Source: Clostridia bacterium
GTDB lineage: Bacteria > Bacillota > Clostridia > Oscillospirales > CAG-272
Reading direction: 5' to 3'
DNA length: 64,000 nt
NCBI GenBank assembly: GCA_017464565.1
Contig: JAFTZH010000029.1
Coordinates: forward strand, 9,767-73,766
Under the pieces are notes generated by a model. That model made no database searches. It was given only the letters and a program-made list of their open reading frames with translations, and was not told where the DNA came from. The translations under genes were made by a program, and so were the position numbers. Shown here piece after piece: positions 38,747 to 51,550 of the stretch. Position 1 is the stretch's first letter; every line of letters begins with the position of its first letter.

Positions 38747-40630
38747 ATGATGAAAAGAATAATTTCGATACTTTGCTGTATCACTTTGCTTTTCGGTGCT
38801 TTATCGCTGATGTCCTGCCAAAAGGAGAACGGAGAAGGCGACGCCGAAACGACGGCATCGGGCTTTAACGCCGACGATTGGACGGGAGACGTTGAGCTTC
38901 CCGAAGCCGAGGCGACGGAGGTTCCCGATAATTACGTAGTGCCCGTCCGCAAGGAAGGGGAGACCGACGACAGCCCCGCTATCAAGCGCGCGCTTGACAG
39001 CATAAAGGAAAGCGGCGGAACGATATATTTCTGCGAGAACGATTATACGATATCCGAGCCGATAATCATTTATAAAAATATCAGCTACGTCGGACGCGGT
39101 ATAGGACAGACGACTATAACGGTTAAGGCGGGCGCAAACTGCGACGCGTTCGTTACAAATCTTTTCGATTCCTACCGTGACCAGCAGAATTACGATAAGC
39201 TTGTAAGCGCTTATTTCGGACCTAACAGCGACCTTCCGCAGAACTTTGAGATAAAGGGGCTTACCATTGACGGAAACGCTGATTTTACGATTGACAACGC
39301 CGTCAATATGACCTATAAGGCGACGAAAAACACCAAGGGAAGCGGTATCAAGATATTCGGCAAGCGTTATATAATAGAGAACGTTCAGGTGCAGAATTTT
39401 GCCGAGATAGGCTTTTATACCGAGTTCAACGCGCCCGAGGTTACCGACGTTGACAGCAGCTACGATTATTTTATCTGCACGAAGATAGACGGACTGCGCG
39501 TTATAAGCACGGGTGAGGAGGGACTTATATACAGAGGACCTTCCGATCAGGAGGTGGACGGACTTTGGGTGTGCGCAAGCTGCCTTACGGGCGAGTCTAC
39601 CGTATACGCCGACAGAGACGGCTGGGAGCTTGCCTCGGTGGTCTTTGAGGATAAGGAGGCGTCCAACAACAATACGTCGTATTGCGCAAGCCCCGAGCTT
39701 GGCTTCGCTCATATCTGGAGAGGATATAATTGCTGGGGAATGGTGCTTGTCGGGCAGCTTCGTTTCAAGGCGGATCACCTTATCATCGAGAGTACCTTCG
39801 GCGGACTTAAGACCAGCAAGGACTGTTATTCGCAGATAAGCATACTCGATATACATAACTGTATGTTCGGGGATAATTCAAGACCTTACTTTGAGATAAA
39901 CAGTACGGCACATACGAAGATATCAAATCTTGAGATACGTTACGGAAAAGACTCTACGCAGAAGGATATGCTCCATATAAACGGAAACAACGTTACTATC
40001 GGAGAATGTCAGCTCAGAGGCAACAGCGACCAGATAGGAGTTTCAAAGGCAGGCGGTCACGGGGTTGTGATAAAGGGCAGATGGAATCAGATATCCTCTC
40101 TTAACGCAATGCGCTTTGCGGGACTCGGAAGCGACGGAAAGACCGCATCGGCAATAGTTATCGGAAGTGACGCAACTCTCAACAGAATATCGGGTGTCGT
40201 AAGTTTTTCGGCTATTGCGGCTACCGTAAACAATGGAAATAACACCCTTGACCTTTCTACGAGAAGAGACGTGGGACAGGTGGCTGTATCAGCAGGGGAA
40301 AGCGTTATGGAGATACTTGATCTTACCCTTGTGGATTATATCTCGGGCGGAGGCTGGACGAGATACCCCCATCAGGTTCAGGACGTTGACGTCTTCGACG
40401 CCACGACCACAGAGGTACAGACGGTTACGATAGCTCACGGCTGTACGATAACTCCTTTCCCTGCCAACGTTCAGCTAACGCTGCTCAACGAGGACGGGCT
40501 TACCGATTTTGCCGTAGCGTATATGAGCGTCGCTGCGGTGGATTCGACAAACGTTACCGTAAGCTTTAAGCTGTCAGAGGCGAGTGATGCAGCTAACGCG
40601 AAGCTCGGACTGCTCGTGAGTGTAAATTGA
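38747..40630 (+). CDS. Pectate_lyase_3/tailspike-like beta-helix lipoprotein
   Basis: Lipobox LMSC; ETDDSPAIKRALD..GGTIYF; C-terminal VQTVTIAHG domain. Confidence 0.7.
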   Translation: MMKRIISILCCITLLFGALSLMSCQKENGEGDAETTASGFNADDWTGDVELPEAEATEVPDNYVVPVRKEGETDDSPAIKRALDSIKESGGTIYFCENDYTISEPIIIYKNISYVGRGIGQTTITVKAGANCDAFVTNLFDSYRDQQNYDKLVSAYFGPNSDLPQNFEIKGLTIDGNADFTIDNAVNMTYKATKNTKGSGIKIFGKRYIIENVQVQNFAEIGFYTEFNAPEVTDVDSSYDYFICTKIDGLRVISTGEEGLIYRGPSDQEVDGLWVCASCLTGESTVYADRDGWELASVVFEDKEASNNNTSYCASPELGFAHIWRGYNCWGMVLVGQLRFKADHLIIESTFGGLKTSKDCYSQISILDIHNCMFGDNSRPYFEINSTAHTKISNLEIRYGKDSTQKDMLHINGNNVTIGECQLRGNSDQIGVSKAGGHGVVIKGRWNQISSLNAMRFAGLGSDGKTASAIVIGSDATLNRISGVVSFSAIAATVNNGNNTLDLSTRRDVGQVAVSAGESVMEILDLTLVDYISGGGWTRYPHQVQDVDVFDATTTEVQTVTIAHGCTITPFPANVQLTLLNEDGLTDFAVAYMSVAAVDSTNVTVSFKLSEASDAANAKLGLLVSVN

Positions 40631-40635
40631 TAATT

Positions 40636-40677
40636 CGGACTATGCTCGGACTGTGTCCGAGCATAGTCCGTACTTTT
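40636..40677 (+). terminator. Intrinsic terminator
   Basis: CGGACTATGCTCGGAC / GTCCGAGCATAGTCCG perfect stem followed by TACTTTT. Confidence 0.75.
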
Positions 40678-40738
40678 AAATCGAAATTTTTACTTGAATA
40701 TATCTTGTACGTATGATATTATTAAAGTATAACTATAA

Positions 40739-43807
<3,069 letters not shown>

Positions 43808-43820
43808 GTTTCGGCTAAAT

Positions 43821-43861
43821 AAAAAACCGAAAACGCTTTTTACGGAGCGTTTTCGGTTTTT
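43821..43861 (+). terminator. Intrinsic terminator
   Basis: AAAAACCGAAAACGCT / AGCGTTTTCGGTTTTT. Confidence 0.8.
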
Positions 43862-43866
43862 AGATC

Positions 43867-43895
43867 TTGACAATTTTTTGATTATGTGATACAAT
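43867..43895 (+). promoter_or_regulatory. sigma-A promoter of the sugar kinase gene
   Basis: TTGACA-17-TACAAT with extended -10 TG. Confidence 0.7.
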
Positions 43896-43962
43896 CTTAA
43901 TTGTCGGGCGTATTTGACGCCTGTTTTTATAGATTGAATAATTTTTATTAGGAGATAATAAT

Positions 43963-45066
43963 ATGGTTTTCGCCGATTTGGAAAACGTTTCGAAAGCTTT
44001 TGGGCACGAAGGAAGCTTCAAGTCTCTTGAAGAAATAAGAGCGGGACACATAAACTGCACGTATAAGCTGACTTTTACGCGGCAGAGCGGAGAAGAGATA
44101 GCGTACATAGTTCAAAAGATAAATACCGTGGCTTTCCGCGATCCCGACGGACTTATGAACAATATAGGTCTCGTAACGGAGCATCTCGCAAATAAATTTG
44201 ACAGAAACGACCCCGAATATAACAGAAGATTTCTTCATTTTCTAAAGACGGAAGAGGGTTCGTATATATACCGCGACGGTAACGGGGGCTGTTGGCGCTC
44301 GTATATCTACGTCGATAACGCTACCGCGCACAATTTTATCAGTGATCCCCGTCTTTTCTATGAATCGGGCAAGGGATTCGGCGCGTTTCAAAAACAGCTT
44401 TCCGATTTTCCCGCCGAACAGCTTATAGAGACCATTCCCAATTTCCATAACACCAAAAAGCGCTTCGTCGATTTCGTTGCCGCGGTCGCCGAGGACAAGG
44501 CGGGCAGGGCGAAGGAGGTCGAGCAGGAGATAGATTTCTTCTTTGAACGCAGAAAAATGATGGGTGAGATAATCGACAAGATGAACGCGGGAATACTTCC
44601 TATGCGCGTTACGCACAACGATACCAAGCTCAACAACGTTCTTATAGACGACACAACGAAAGAGGCTATCTGCGTAATAGACCTTGATACCGTAATGCCC
44701 GGTTCGGCGCTTTACGATTACGGAGACTCTATCCGCTTCGGCGCTTGTACCGCTACCGAGGACGAGAGCGATCTCTCAAAGGTAGACGTAGACCTTGAGC
44801 TGTTTAAGCTTTATACCAAGGGATATCTTGAGGAGTCGGGAGACGCACTCACCAAGGACGAGATACATTATTTCCCGCTCGGCGCTAAAATTATGACCTG
44901 TGAGGTCGCTATGCGCTTCCTTACCGATTATCTCAACGGAGACGTCTATTTCAAAATAAGATATCCCGAGCATAACCTCGTAAGAGCAAGAGTGCAGATG
45001 AAGCTGCTCACGGCTATCGAGGCTAAATTCGACGAAATGACGGCTTACGTCGATTCGCTTATATAA
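43963..45066 (+). CDS. APH-fold phosphotransferase, N-acetylhexosamine 1-kinase-like
   Basis: GHINCTY, THNDTKLNN, IDLDTVMPG, RFLTDYL.GD.YF motifs. Confidence 0.8.
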   Translation: MVFADLENVSKAFGHEGSFKSLEEIRAGHINCTYKLTFTRQSGEEIAYIVQKINTVAFRDPDGLMNNIGLVTEHLANKFDRNDPEYNRRFLHFLKTEEGSYIYRDGNGGCWRSYIYVDNATAHNFISDPRLFYESGKGFGAFQKQLSDFPAEQLIETIPNFHNTKKRFVDFVAAVAEDKAGRAKEVEQEIDFFFERRKMMGEIIDKMNAGILPMRVTHNDTKLNNVLIDDTTKEAICVIDLDTVMPGSALYDYGDSIRFGACTATEDESDLSKVDVDLELFKLYTKGYLEESGDALTKDEIHYFPLGAKIMTCEVAMRFLTDYLNGDVYFKIRYPEHNLVRARVQMKLLTAIEAKFDEMTAYVDSLI

Positions 45067-45085
45067 GATATATATTAATGAGTTA

Positions 45086-45371
45086 TAAGGGGGGAGTGCC
45101 TTTTTGCAAAAAGGCACTCCCCCCCAAACCCCCCTCTTAAAAAAACTTTAAACGTTGGGTTTAATTTTAAATTTTTATCTTGCTTTCTACGGAGAGTTTA
45201 TTTTGGATTCAACCATACTCGGTAGGGGAGGGACTTGCTCTTCCCGTTTCGTTCATATAAAATATACTTCGTGAGGACGACTAAGGCAAAAATTAAATTC
45301 ATACCCGACTTTTAAAAATTTTTGGGGTGGGGTTTGGGGGAGGGACTTTTTATAAAAAGTCCCTCCCCCAT
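45086..45371. repeat. Palindromic repeat family, two-armed element (copy 5)
   Basis: GGGGGGAGTGCCTTTTT/AAAAAGGCACTCCCCCC and GGGGGAGGGACTTTTT/AAAAAGTCCCTCCCCC terminal hairpins; internal GTAG REP-like hairpin. Confidence 0.85.
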
Positions 45372-45387
45372 TATAATAATCCCTGCG

Positions 45388-45421
45388 AAAAAAGGAAGCG
45401 AGATATCTCGCTTCCTTTTTT
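45388..45421 (-). terminator. Bidirectional intrinsic terminator after rplA
   Basis: AAAAAAGGAAGCGAGA / TCTCGCTTCCTTTTTT. Confidence 0.8.
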
Positions 45422-45436
45422 ATTATTCATTTGAGA

Positions 45437-46123
45437 TTAACCAAGCTTTGCCTGATTTATCTTGATGCCGGGGCCCATAGTGCTTGCGATAACGCAGCTC
45501 TTTATATACTGACCATTTGCAGCGGCGGGCTTTGCCTTTATAACGGCACCAACGAGGGTGTTGAAGTTTTCGGAGAGCTTTTCAACTCCGAAGGAAGCCT
45601 TACCGATAGGGCAGTGAATGATATTGGTCTTAACAAGACGGTATTCAATCTTACCTGCTTTAGCCTCGGTTACTGCGCGCGCAACGTCGGGAGTAACGGT
45701 TCCTGCTTTAGGAGAAGGCATAAGTCCCTTAGGACCGAGAACCTTACCGAGCTTACCGATAACGCCCATCATATCGGGGCTTGCGATAACTACGTCAAAG
45801 TCAAACCAGTTTTCAGTCTGAATTTTTTCCGCGTATTCAGCTCCGCCTGCGTAATCAGCGCCTGCGTCGAGAGCCTTCTGAACGTTGTCGCCCTTGGCGA
45901 AAACGAGAACCTTAAGGGTCTTACCCGTTCCGTTGGGGAGAACAACCGCGCCTCTGACCTGCTGGTCTGCGTGGCGGGAGTCAACGCCGAGACGAATGTG
46001 AATTTCTATGGTCTCGTCAAATTTTGCTTTTGACGTCTGGCAAACGAGCTCAAGCGCTTCAGCCGGCTCGTAGGTTTTGCTCTTATCAAAAAGTTTTACG
46101 CTGTCTGTATATTTCTTTCCCAT
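45437..46123 (-). CDS. rplA: 50S ribosomal protein L1
   Basis: [28 protein letters not shown]. Confidence 0.98.
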   Translation of the reverse strand: MGKKYTDSVKLFDKSKTYEPAEALELVCQTSKAKFDETIEIHIRLGVDSRHADQQVRGAVVLPNGTGKTLKVLVFAKGDNVQKALDAGADYAGGAEYAEKIQTENWFDFDVVIASPDMMGVIGKLGKVLGPKGLMPSPKAGTVTPDVARAVTEAKAGKIEYRLVKTNIIHCPIGKASFGVEKLSENFNTLVGAVIKAKPAAANGQYIKSCVIASTMGPGIKINQAKLG

Positions 46124-46136
46124 TGTTCAATCCTCC

Positions 46137-46562
46137 TCAGTCCTCTACGACTACGCCCATACTGCGCGCGGTTCCGGCTATCATACTCATAGCGGTCTCG
46201 ATATTCGCAGCGTTAAGGTCGGGCATTTTAGTCTCGGCAATTTTGCGAACCTGCTCTTTGGTTATCTTCGCAACCTTGGTCTTGTTAGGCTTATCGGAGC
46301 CTGACTCGATTCCGCAAGCTTTCTTTATAAGAACGGGAGCGGGAGGAGTCTTGGTGATGAACGTGAAGGAACGGTCTGCGTAAACGGTAATAACTACGGG
46401 AATTATCAGACCGATATCATTTTTTGTTCTTTCGTTGAATTCCTTCGTGAATACGGGAATTGCAACACCGTACTGACCGAGTGCGGGTCCTACGGGGGGC
46501 TGGGGAGTTGCCTTACCTGCGGGCAACTGAAGCTTAATGTAACCTAATACTTTCTTTGCCAT
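46137..46562 (-). CDS. rplK: 50S ribosomal protein L11
   Basis: [28 protein letters not shown]. Confidence 0.98.
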   Translation of the reverse strand: MAKKVLGYIKLQLPAGKATPQPPVGPALGQYGVAIPVFTKEFNERTKNDIGLIIPVVITVYADRSFTFITKTPPAPVLIKKACGIESGSDKPNKTKVAKITKEQVRKIAETKMPDLNAANIETAMSMIAGTARSMGVVVED

Positions 46563-46583
46563 AATTAAATTTTACCTCCATAC

Positions 46584-46623
46584 GTGGTTTTTTACGGGAG
46601 ACTCAAAATTTTCTCCCTCCCAC
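46584..46623 (-). promoter_or_regulatory. Probable L1-binding leader of the rplK-rplA operon
   Basis: GTGGGAGGGAGA...TCTCCCGTAAAAAACCAC just upstream of the rplK RBS, matching the L1 autoregulatory hairpin shape. Confidence 0.65.
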
Positions 46624-46643
46624 TGCGGCGAAAAGCCGCAATT

Positions 46644-47180
46644 TCAAGCGAGCTTAATTACCTTCGTATCAAGCTCAACGGGCATATCGCGGTTTCCTCT
46701 CTTAACGAGTACCGTTGCCGTTTTCATATCGTCGGAAATCGATTGAACGGTTCCTTTGTATCCCTCAAACAAGCCCTCTGTGATAGCGACCTCGTCGCCC
46801 GTCTTGAAGGAAAGCTCAACTCTCTTGTGGTCTATATTGAGCGCCTCGACCTCTGCCTCGCTCAGCGGGGTGGGACGGGAGCCGGGACCGACGAAGCCCG
46901 TAACGCCCGTAATGCTTCTTACGGCGTGCCAGCTTTCATCGTTCATAACCATTTTTATGAGGACGTAACTTGGGAAAACCTTTACCTCAACTTCCTTTTC
47001 CACGTCGCCGTTCTTTTCTATAACGGTTTCAACGGGAATCTTGATGTCGAAAATGAGATCTCCGAGACCTCTGTTTTCAACGATTTTTTCAAGGTTTGCT
47101 TTTACCTTGTTTTCGTAACCTGAGTAGGTATGCGCCACGTACCATCTCGGTCCAACGTTCATTTCATTTATATCACTCAT
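46644..47180 (-). CDS. nusG: Transcription termination/antitermination factor NusG
   Basis: WYVAHTYSGYENKV, VFPSYVL, GVTGFVG, KOW motif. Confidence 0.96.
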   Translation of the reverse strand: MSDINEMNVGPRWYVAHTYSGYENKVKANLEKIVENRGLGDLIFDIKIPVETVIEKNGDVEKEVEVKVFPSYVLIKMVMNDESWHAVRSITGVTGFVGPGSRPTPLSEAEVEALNIDHKRVELSFKTGDEVAITEGLFEGYKGTVQSISDDMKTATVLVKRGNRDMPVELDTKVIKLA

Positions 47181-47195
47181 ACCTATTCTCCGTAA

Positions 47196-47456
47196 TTAAC
47201 CGAAGAGCTTGGTGAGCGCAGCCACACCCGTTCCGAACGCATAGTCCAGAGCACCGATTATGACCGCACAGATGAGAACGACACAAAGAACGACGCCGGT
47301 ATTTTTGAGAACCTGCTTCCACGATGGCCAGACGACTTTTTTGACTTCGCTTCTGAATCCACGCCAAGCCTCTTTCAATCTGCCCTTTTTCTTTTCTTTA
47401 ACAGGTTTCTTCGGCTTACTTTCGACTTCTGCGACCTTTTTTTCCTTATCTGCCAT
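47196..47456 (-). CDS. secE: Preprotein translocase subunit SecE
   Basis: EVKKVVWPS motif plus single TM; located between rpmG and nusG. Confidence 0.92.
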   Translation of the reverse strand: MADKEKKVAEVESKPKKPVKEKKKGRLKEAWRGFRSEVKKVVWPSWKQVLKNTGVVLCVVLICAVIIGALDYAFGTGVAALTKLFG

Positions 47457-47475
47457 ATCTTTTCTCTCTTTCAAA

Positions 47476-47637
47476 TTATTTTGACTCTTTGTGAAGAGTG
47501 TGCTTGCGGCAGAACCTGCAGTGCTTTTTCATTTCAAGTCTGTCAGGATCGTTCTTCTTGTTCTTGGTTGTGTCATAGTTTCTCTGCTTGCACTCAGTGC
47601 ATACCAAAGTGATTTTGACTCTTGAATCATTAGCCAT
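47476..47637 (-). CDS. rpmG: 50S ribosomal protein L33, Zn-binding form (not in ORF track)
   Basis: Manual translation [53 protein letters not shown]; RBS GGAGG. Confidence 0.97.
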   Translation of the reverse strand: MANDSRVKITLVCTECKQRNYDTTKNKKNDPDRLEMKKHCRFCRKHTLHKESK

Positions 47638-47775
47638 TTTGCGGCACCTCCGTTTTTAATTTATTAGACACGAGACGTGTCCGTGTACCTCCCTCATTGA
47701 GCGGTGTGCGTTTTGTACTGAAAGTACGGCGCAAAAAACTGCACAATAAAAAAGCCCACTCGCAGAGGTATAGCC

Positions 47776-47804
47776 ATTATACCACGCAATCAAGGGCTTG
47801 TCAA
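47776..47804 (-). promoter_or_regulatory. sigma-A promoter of the rpmG-secE-nusG operon
   Basis: TTGACA-17-TATAAT on the minus strand. Confidence 0.8.
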
Positions 47805-47835
47805 TAGTTTTTTCTTATTTTTTGGGGAGTTTTAT

Positions 47836-48061
47836 GTGGGGGGAGTGCCTTTTTGCAAAAAGGGCCGCCCCCCCCACCCCCTCTTCAAAAAACTTTAAAC
47901 GTATTGGATTTAATTTTAATTTTAATTTTTTGTCTCGTTTCCTACGGAAACCGAATTAAGCTCCCCGTAGGAAGCAAGACAAAAAGCCAAGATTAAACCC
48001 AATACGTTTAAAGTTTTTGAAGAGGGGTTAGGGGAGAAACTTTTGCAAAAGTTTCTCCCCT
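47836..48061. repeat. Palindromic repeat family, two-armed element (copy 6)
   Basis: CCCCTCTTCAAAAAACTTTAAACGTATTGG inverted with CCAATACGTTTAAAGTTTTTGAAGAGGGG; terminal hairpins. Confidence 0.85.
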
Positions 48062-48082
48062 ATATATTACTACATTCGTTCT

Positions 48083-49027
48083 TTACAGCGCCGCGGCGCC
48101 GATAATACCCGCGTCGTTTCCAAGCTCGGCGATTCTTATTTCGGTAAGTTCGTCGAGAAAACCGTGTCCGTACTGCTCGCTTCTTATGAGAGGCATAAGA
48201 GCGTCTATGAGAGACTGACCCTCGTTCGATACTCCTCCGCCGAGGGAAATTACCTCGGGCTGAAATATATTGACTATATTCGTGAGTCCGGCGGCGAGAT
48301 AGGAGACGTATCTGTCGTATACTTCTTTACCAGCCTCGTCCCCCGTACGCATAGCGTCGCAGGCGGTGCGTCCGTTTATCTTAGGAGCGTCCAGCATAAC
48401 GGTGCTGAGACCTTTTTGGCGGTATTCCTCTATCTTTTCCTTAGTCATACGGATAAGAGCGGTAGCGGAGGAATACGCCTCCCAACAGCCTCGTCTTCCG
48501 CAGGAGCAGGGAACTCCTCCGTGCTCTATTACGATATGTCCAAGCTCGGCGCCCGCGCAGTTAAAACCGGAATATATTTTTCCGTCTATTATGATTCCGC
48601 CGCCGACACCCGTGCCAAGAGTTATCATAACGCTGTTGAGCGTACCCTTTGCCGCACCCGCGACCGCTTCTCCGAGCGCCGCCGCGTTTGCGTCGTTTTC
48701 TACCTTTATATTATTAACTCCCGTTTTCTCTTTGAGCGATGATGCAATATCAAAATTTTTGAAGGGGAGATTGCAGGAATACTGCACTATTCCCGTATTG
48801 TGATTTGCGATACCCGGTGAGGCAATGCCTATCGTCTCAACGTCGGATAAGCTTATGCCCTTGTCGGCGCAAACCTCAAAGCATAGCTTCGCGATATCGG
48901 CAACTATGGCTTCCGCTTCTCTCTGCGCCATAGTGGGAAGGCTTTTTTTGACGGCTATTCTGTGTTCGCCGTCTACCAAACCTACCGCGATATTTGTTCC
49001 GCCCAGGTCAACTCCTATTTTATACAT
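48083..49027 (-). CDS. ROK family sugar kinase (glucokinase-like)
   Basis: GVDLGGT, ENDANAAA, TLGTGVGGG, ELGH, CSCG..GCWE. Confidence 0.92.
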   Translation of the reverse strand: MYKIGVDLGGTNIAVGLVDGEHRIAVKKSLPTMAQREAEAIVADIAKLCFEVCADKGISLSDVETIGIASPGIANHNTGIVQYSCNLPFKNFDIASSLKEKTGVNNIKVENDANAAALGEAVAGAAKGTLNSVMITLGTGVGGGIIIDGKIYSGFNCAGAELGHIVIEHGGVPCSCGRRGCWEAYSSATALIRMTKEKIEEYRQKGLSTVMLDAPKINGRTACDAMRTGDEAGKEVYDRYVSYLAAGLTNIVNIFQPEVISLGGGVSNEGQSLIDALMPLIRSEQYGHGFLDELTEIRIAELGNDAGIIGAAAL

Positions 49028-49126
49028 TCAAATCTACTCCTTGTTAAAAGACTTTAAAACTATACATATTATAAATATCCGACCGCGTAAAGTCAAGTAT
49101 ATTATACGGAATATTTTCGGTTTTTA

Positions 49127-49876
49127 TTATTCGTTTTCAAAAAGAGCAGACGGAGTATAATTTATCCCCGCTCTCTCGGCTTGACGCAGCTGCATATTTC
49201 TGGGAATAGAGTATATACGCCCGTCTTTCTTGAAATTCGCGCCCGTCTGTCTGAAGCGGAAGCTTACGCCGTAGCGGACGCACTGATCCCTCGTCCATAA
49301 TATCCAATCAAAATCACACAGCCGCGCGCCCGCTCCCGATTCTCCGCCGCAGCTTACGCTCTCTATTTCTTTTCCGTATACTGAAAGATAGCGCTCGATA
49401 TTGATACCTTCAAGCATAGGCTCGTGGATTATGGATTTGTGCTTTATCGGAAGCTCGAGATATACGGGAAGTCTCTCGTCCGCCGTTTTCTGATTCTCGC
49501 AGGTACAGCAGATATATACGTTGCCGCAGCCGTCCCCCCAATCGTCGGGCAGGGATTCGTAAAAGCGTTCGGGACGCTTGGTTACTATGAAGAAATTCAA
49601 ATCCTTCCGCTCTCTTATCATTCGCCACGCGTCAGTCCGCCACGCGTCGGCGGCGGGGTGGAAAAAATCCGAGGTGAAGCAGGTATATACGAAATCTCCG
49701 TCGTCCTGCAGAAGATAGCTTCCGTCCCGCTTGCGTCGGAGGGGAAGGTCAAATGACGAGGTTTTTTCGAGCAGGGACGAGTCTTTTCCAAACTCCGAGT
49801 CCCGCCGATATACGTAGCAATTCTGACAGCCCGCGCTTATTTTGGTGCAGCCGTGCCACAGATTCCAGCTTGCCAT
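49127..49876 (-). CDS. DUF5131 (phage Gp37/Gp68-like) family protein
   Basis: WNLWHGCTKISAGCQNCY, SDFFH, TKRPER, EPML, GGESG motifs. Confidence 0.8.
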   Translation of the reverse strand: MASWNLWHGCTKISAGCQNCYVYRRDSEFGKDSSLLEKTSSFDLPLRRKRDGSYLLQDDGDFVYTCFTSDFFHPAADAWRTDAWRMIRERKDLNFFIVTKRPERFYESLPDDWGDGCGNVYICCTCENQKTADERLPVYLELPIKHKSIIHEPMLEGINIERYLSVYGKEIESVSCGGESGAGARLCDFDWILWTRDQCVRYGVSFRFRQTGANFKKDGRIYSIPRNMQLRQAERAGINYTPSALFENE

Positions 49877-49913
49877 AGCTTCCCCTCCTTTCTCGGCTAT
49901 GCTGATAATATTA

Positions 49914-50354
49914 TCACGGGGCGTCAAGCTCCATAGCGACGTGAAGCACACCCTCCTCTAAAAAATCGTCCGATACCGGCTTGAAGCCGAAGAGAGCGTA
50001 AAAGCTCTCGGCGTGCTTTTGGGCGTGTACCGATATTTTTTGACAACCCAGCCTGTTTTTTATTTCGGGAATAGCTAATCTCATAAGCTTCGTGCCGTGT
50101 CCCTCTCCGTGCGTTACCGACAGCACTCTGCCTATCTTTACCGTCCCCGTTTTTTCGTCCTCGACGAAGGCGCGCAGATAGGCAATTATATTTCCGCCGT
50201 CCTCCAAAAAGCAATGAAGGCTTTGGTAATCCATACCGTCGGGGTCAACGCAAATGATTTTCTGCTCTACCGTGAAAATAAGGCATCTCGCCTTGAGAAT
50301 TTCGTAAAGCTCACGCGTCGTAAGCTCGTCAAAGGTTTTTGCTTCAAATTCCAA
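49914..50354 (-). CDS. GNAT acetyltransferase, ElaA-like
   Basis: F.ELT..ELYEIL.AR..IF.VEQ, IGRV, HAQ, FLEEG..H; TTG start after GAGGAG. Confidence 0.85.
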   Translation of the reverse strand: MEFEAKTFDELTTRELYEILKARCLIFTVEQKIICVDPDGMDYQSLHCFLEDGGNIIAYLRAFVEDEKTGTVKIGRVLSVTHGEGHGTKLMRLAIPEIKNRLGCQKISVHAQKHAESFYALFGFKPVSDDFLEEGVLHVAMELDAP

Positions 50355-50376
50355 AATTTTTCTCCTCGTTGTTTTT

Positions 50377-51090
50377 TTAGTCAAGTGCGTCAAGTATAGC
50401 CCTGCGGAACTGAACGCTCGCTTCTGCCGAGAGGTTGCAATGGCTGCGGAAGGGCACCTTTATGAGCTTGATATCGTGCGAGTCCTTCATAGCCTCGACG
50501 AACGCCTCCGAGTGCATATGTATATTTACCGCTTTGTCGCCCTCGCAGTGGAATATAGTGTAGGGAATGTCAGGCATTTTATCGACGAGATGCAGGGGAG
50601 AGTGAGCCGCGAGCGCCTCTTCCATAGTGCCGTCAAAATTTGCGTAAGCGCTGTAAAGCGTGCGGGGAAGATCGGGTCGCTCGTGAAAATGTTTTACGTT
50701 GTCGCATACGGGGCAGTTGGCAACGCACGCGGCGGGCGTTCTCTTTGAGTATACGCAGTATACGAGAGAGGAAAGACCGCCCATACTGTTACCCGTAGAT
50801 ACTATTTTGACCGAGTCCCCGAGAGAATATTTCTCGCAGAGAACGTCTATTATCTCGTCGGTATAGCTTACCGCCTGCTCGTTCATCCAGCACCAAGGGT
50901 TGTTATAAGGTATAACGTAGAGTACGTTTTTGTCGGCGTATTCAAATGCGTCGTTGGGGTCGTCGTTATTTATCGTCAGGCGGTTAAGACCCGTGAACTC
51001 GATAACGATACCGCGAATCTCTCCTTTTATCAATTTGTCGTTTGAGTAAGTAAAACTGCGCAGGTTTTCGTAGTTGATGATTTTTTCCAT
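50377..51090 (-). CDS. Alpha/beta hydrolase (esterase or S9 peptidase-like)
   Basis: GNSMGG nucleophile elbow, HCEGD, C-terminal His. Confidence 0.8.
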   Translation of the reverse strand: MEKIINYENLRSFTYSNDKLIKGEIRGIVIEFTGLNRLTINNDDPNDAFEYADKNVLYVIPYNNPWCWMNEQAVSYTDEIIDVLCEKYSLGDSVKIVSTGNSMGGLSSLVYCVYSKRTPAACVANCPVCDNVKHFHERPDLPRTLYSAYANFDGTMEEALAAHSPLHLVDKMPDIPYTIFHCEGDKAVNIHMHSEAFVEAMKDSHDIKLIKVPFRSHCNLSAEASVQFRRAILDALD

Positions 51091-51115
51091 TTGATTTCTC
51101 CTTTAAGTTTTATAC

Positions 51116-51550
51116 TTATATTTTTTCGCAGTGCATACGGTCTGCCATAAAACGATGAAGGCACTCTTCGGCGACGGCTTTTTCTTTTCTTACGCGAAAG
51201 GGGAAACTGAAAAAGGCGTATACGTAGGAGCAGATGAACAGTGGTGCGAGAGAGAGATACATGAGAGGCATGAATATAATCATTTTAAAAGGAAGTTTTT
51301 CTTTATATTTATACTTTCTTTTGACGAGCTCTCCAAATATGACCGAGCCGCCGAGGCTGTTCTTCGTTACCGTTGCCGAATAGAAGAAGTTTCCTCTTGT
51401 TTTGGCGGAGGCTACGAACACCTCAAAGCCATTTTCAGTCGTCGTAAGCTTTTTGTTCAGGGATGCGGATTCGCGTATGACTTTTGCGATAAAATCGTCG
51501 GGAGCGAGGCCGCTGACGAAAGTAAAGCTCTCATTTTTAATTTTGCTCAT
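51116..51550 (-). CDS. Hypothetical membrane protein
   Basis: 4-nt overlap with the rlmD stop; one hydrophobic segment. Confidence 0.6.
   Translation of the reverse strand: MSKIKNESFTFVSGLAPDDFIAKVIRESASLNKKLTTTENGFEVFVASAKTRGNFFYSATVTKNSLGGSVIFGELVKRKYKYKEKLPFKMIIFMPLMYLSLAPLFICSYVYAFFSFPFRVRKEKAVAEECLHRFMADRMHCEKI

Noticed and set aside
45431-46033. 200-aa plus-strand ORF and other antisense ORFs over ribosomal genes
   Set aside because: Antisense shadows of rplA, rplK and nusG.
49127-49876. Prophage suggested by the Gp37/Gp68-like gene
   Set aside because: No integrase, structural or replication phage genes nearby; flanked by housekeeping genes.
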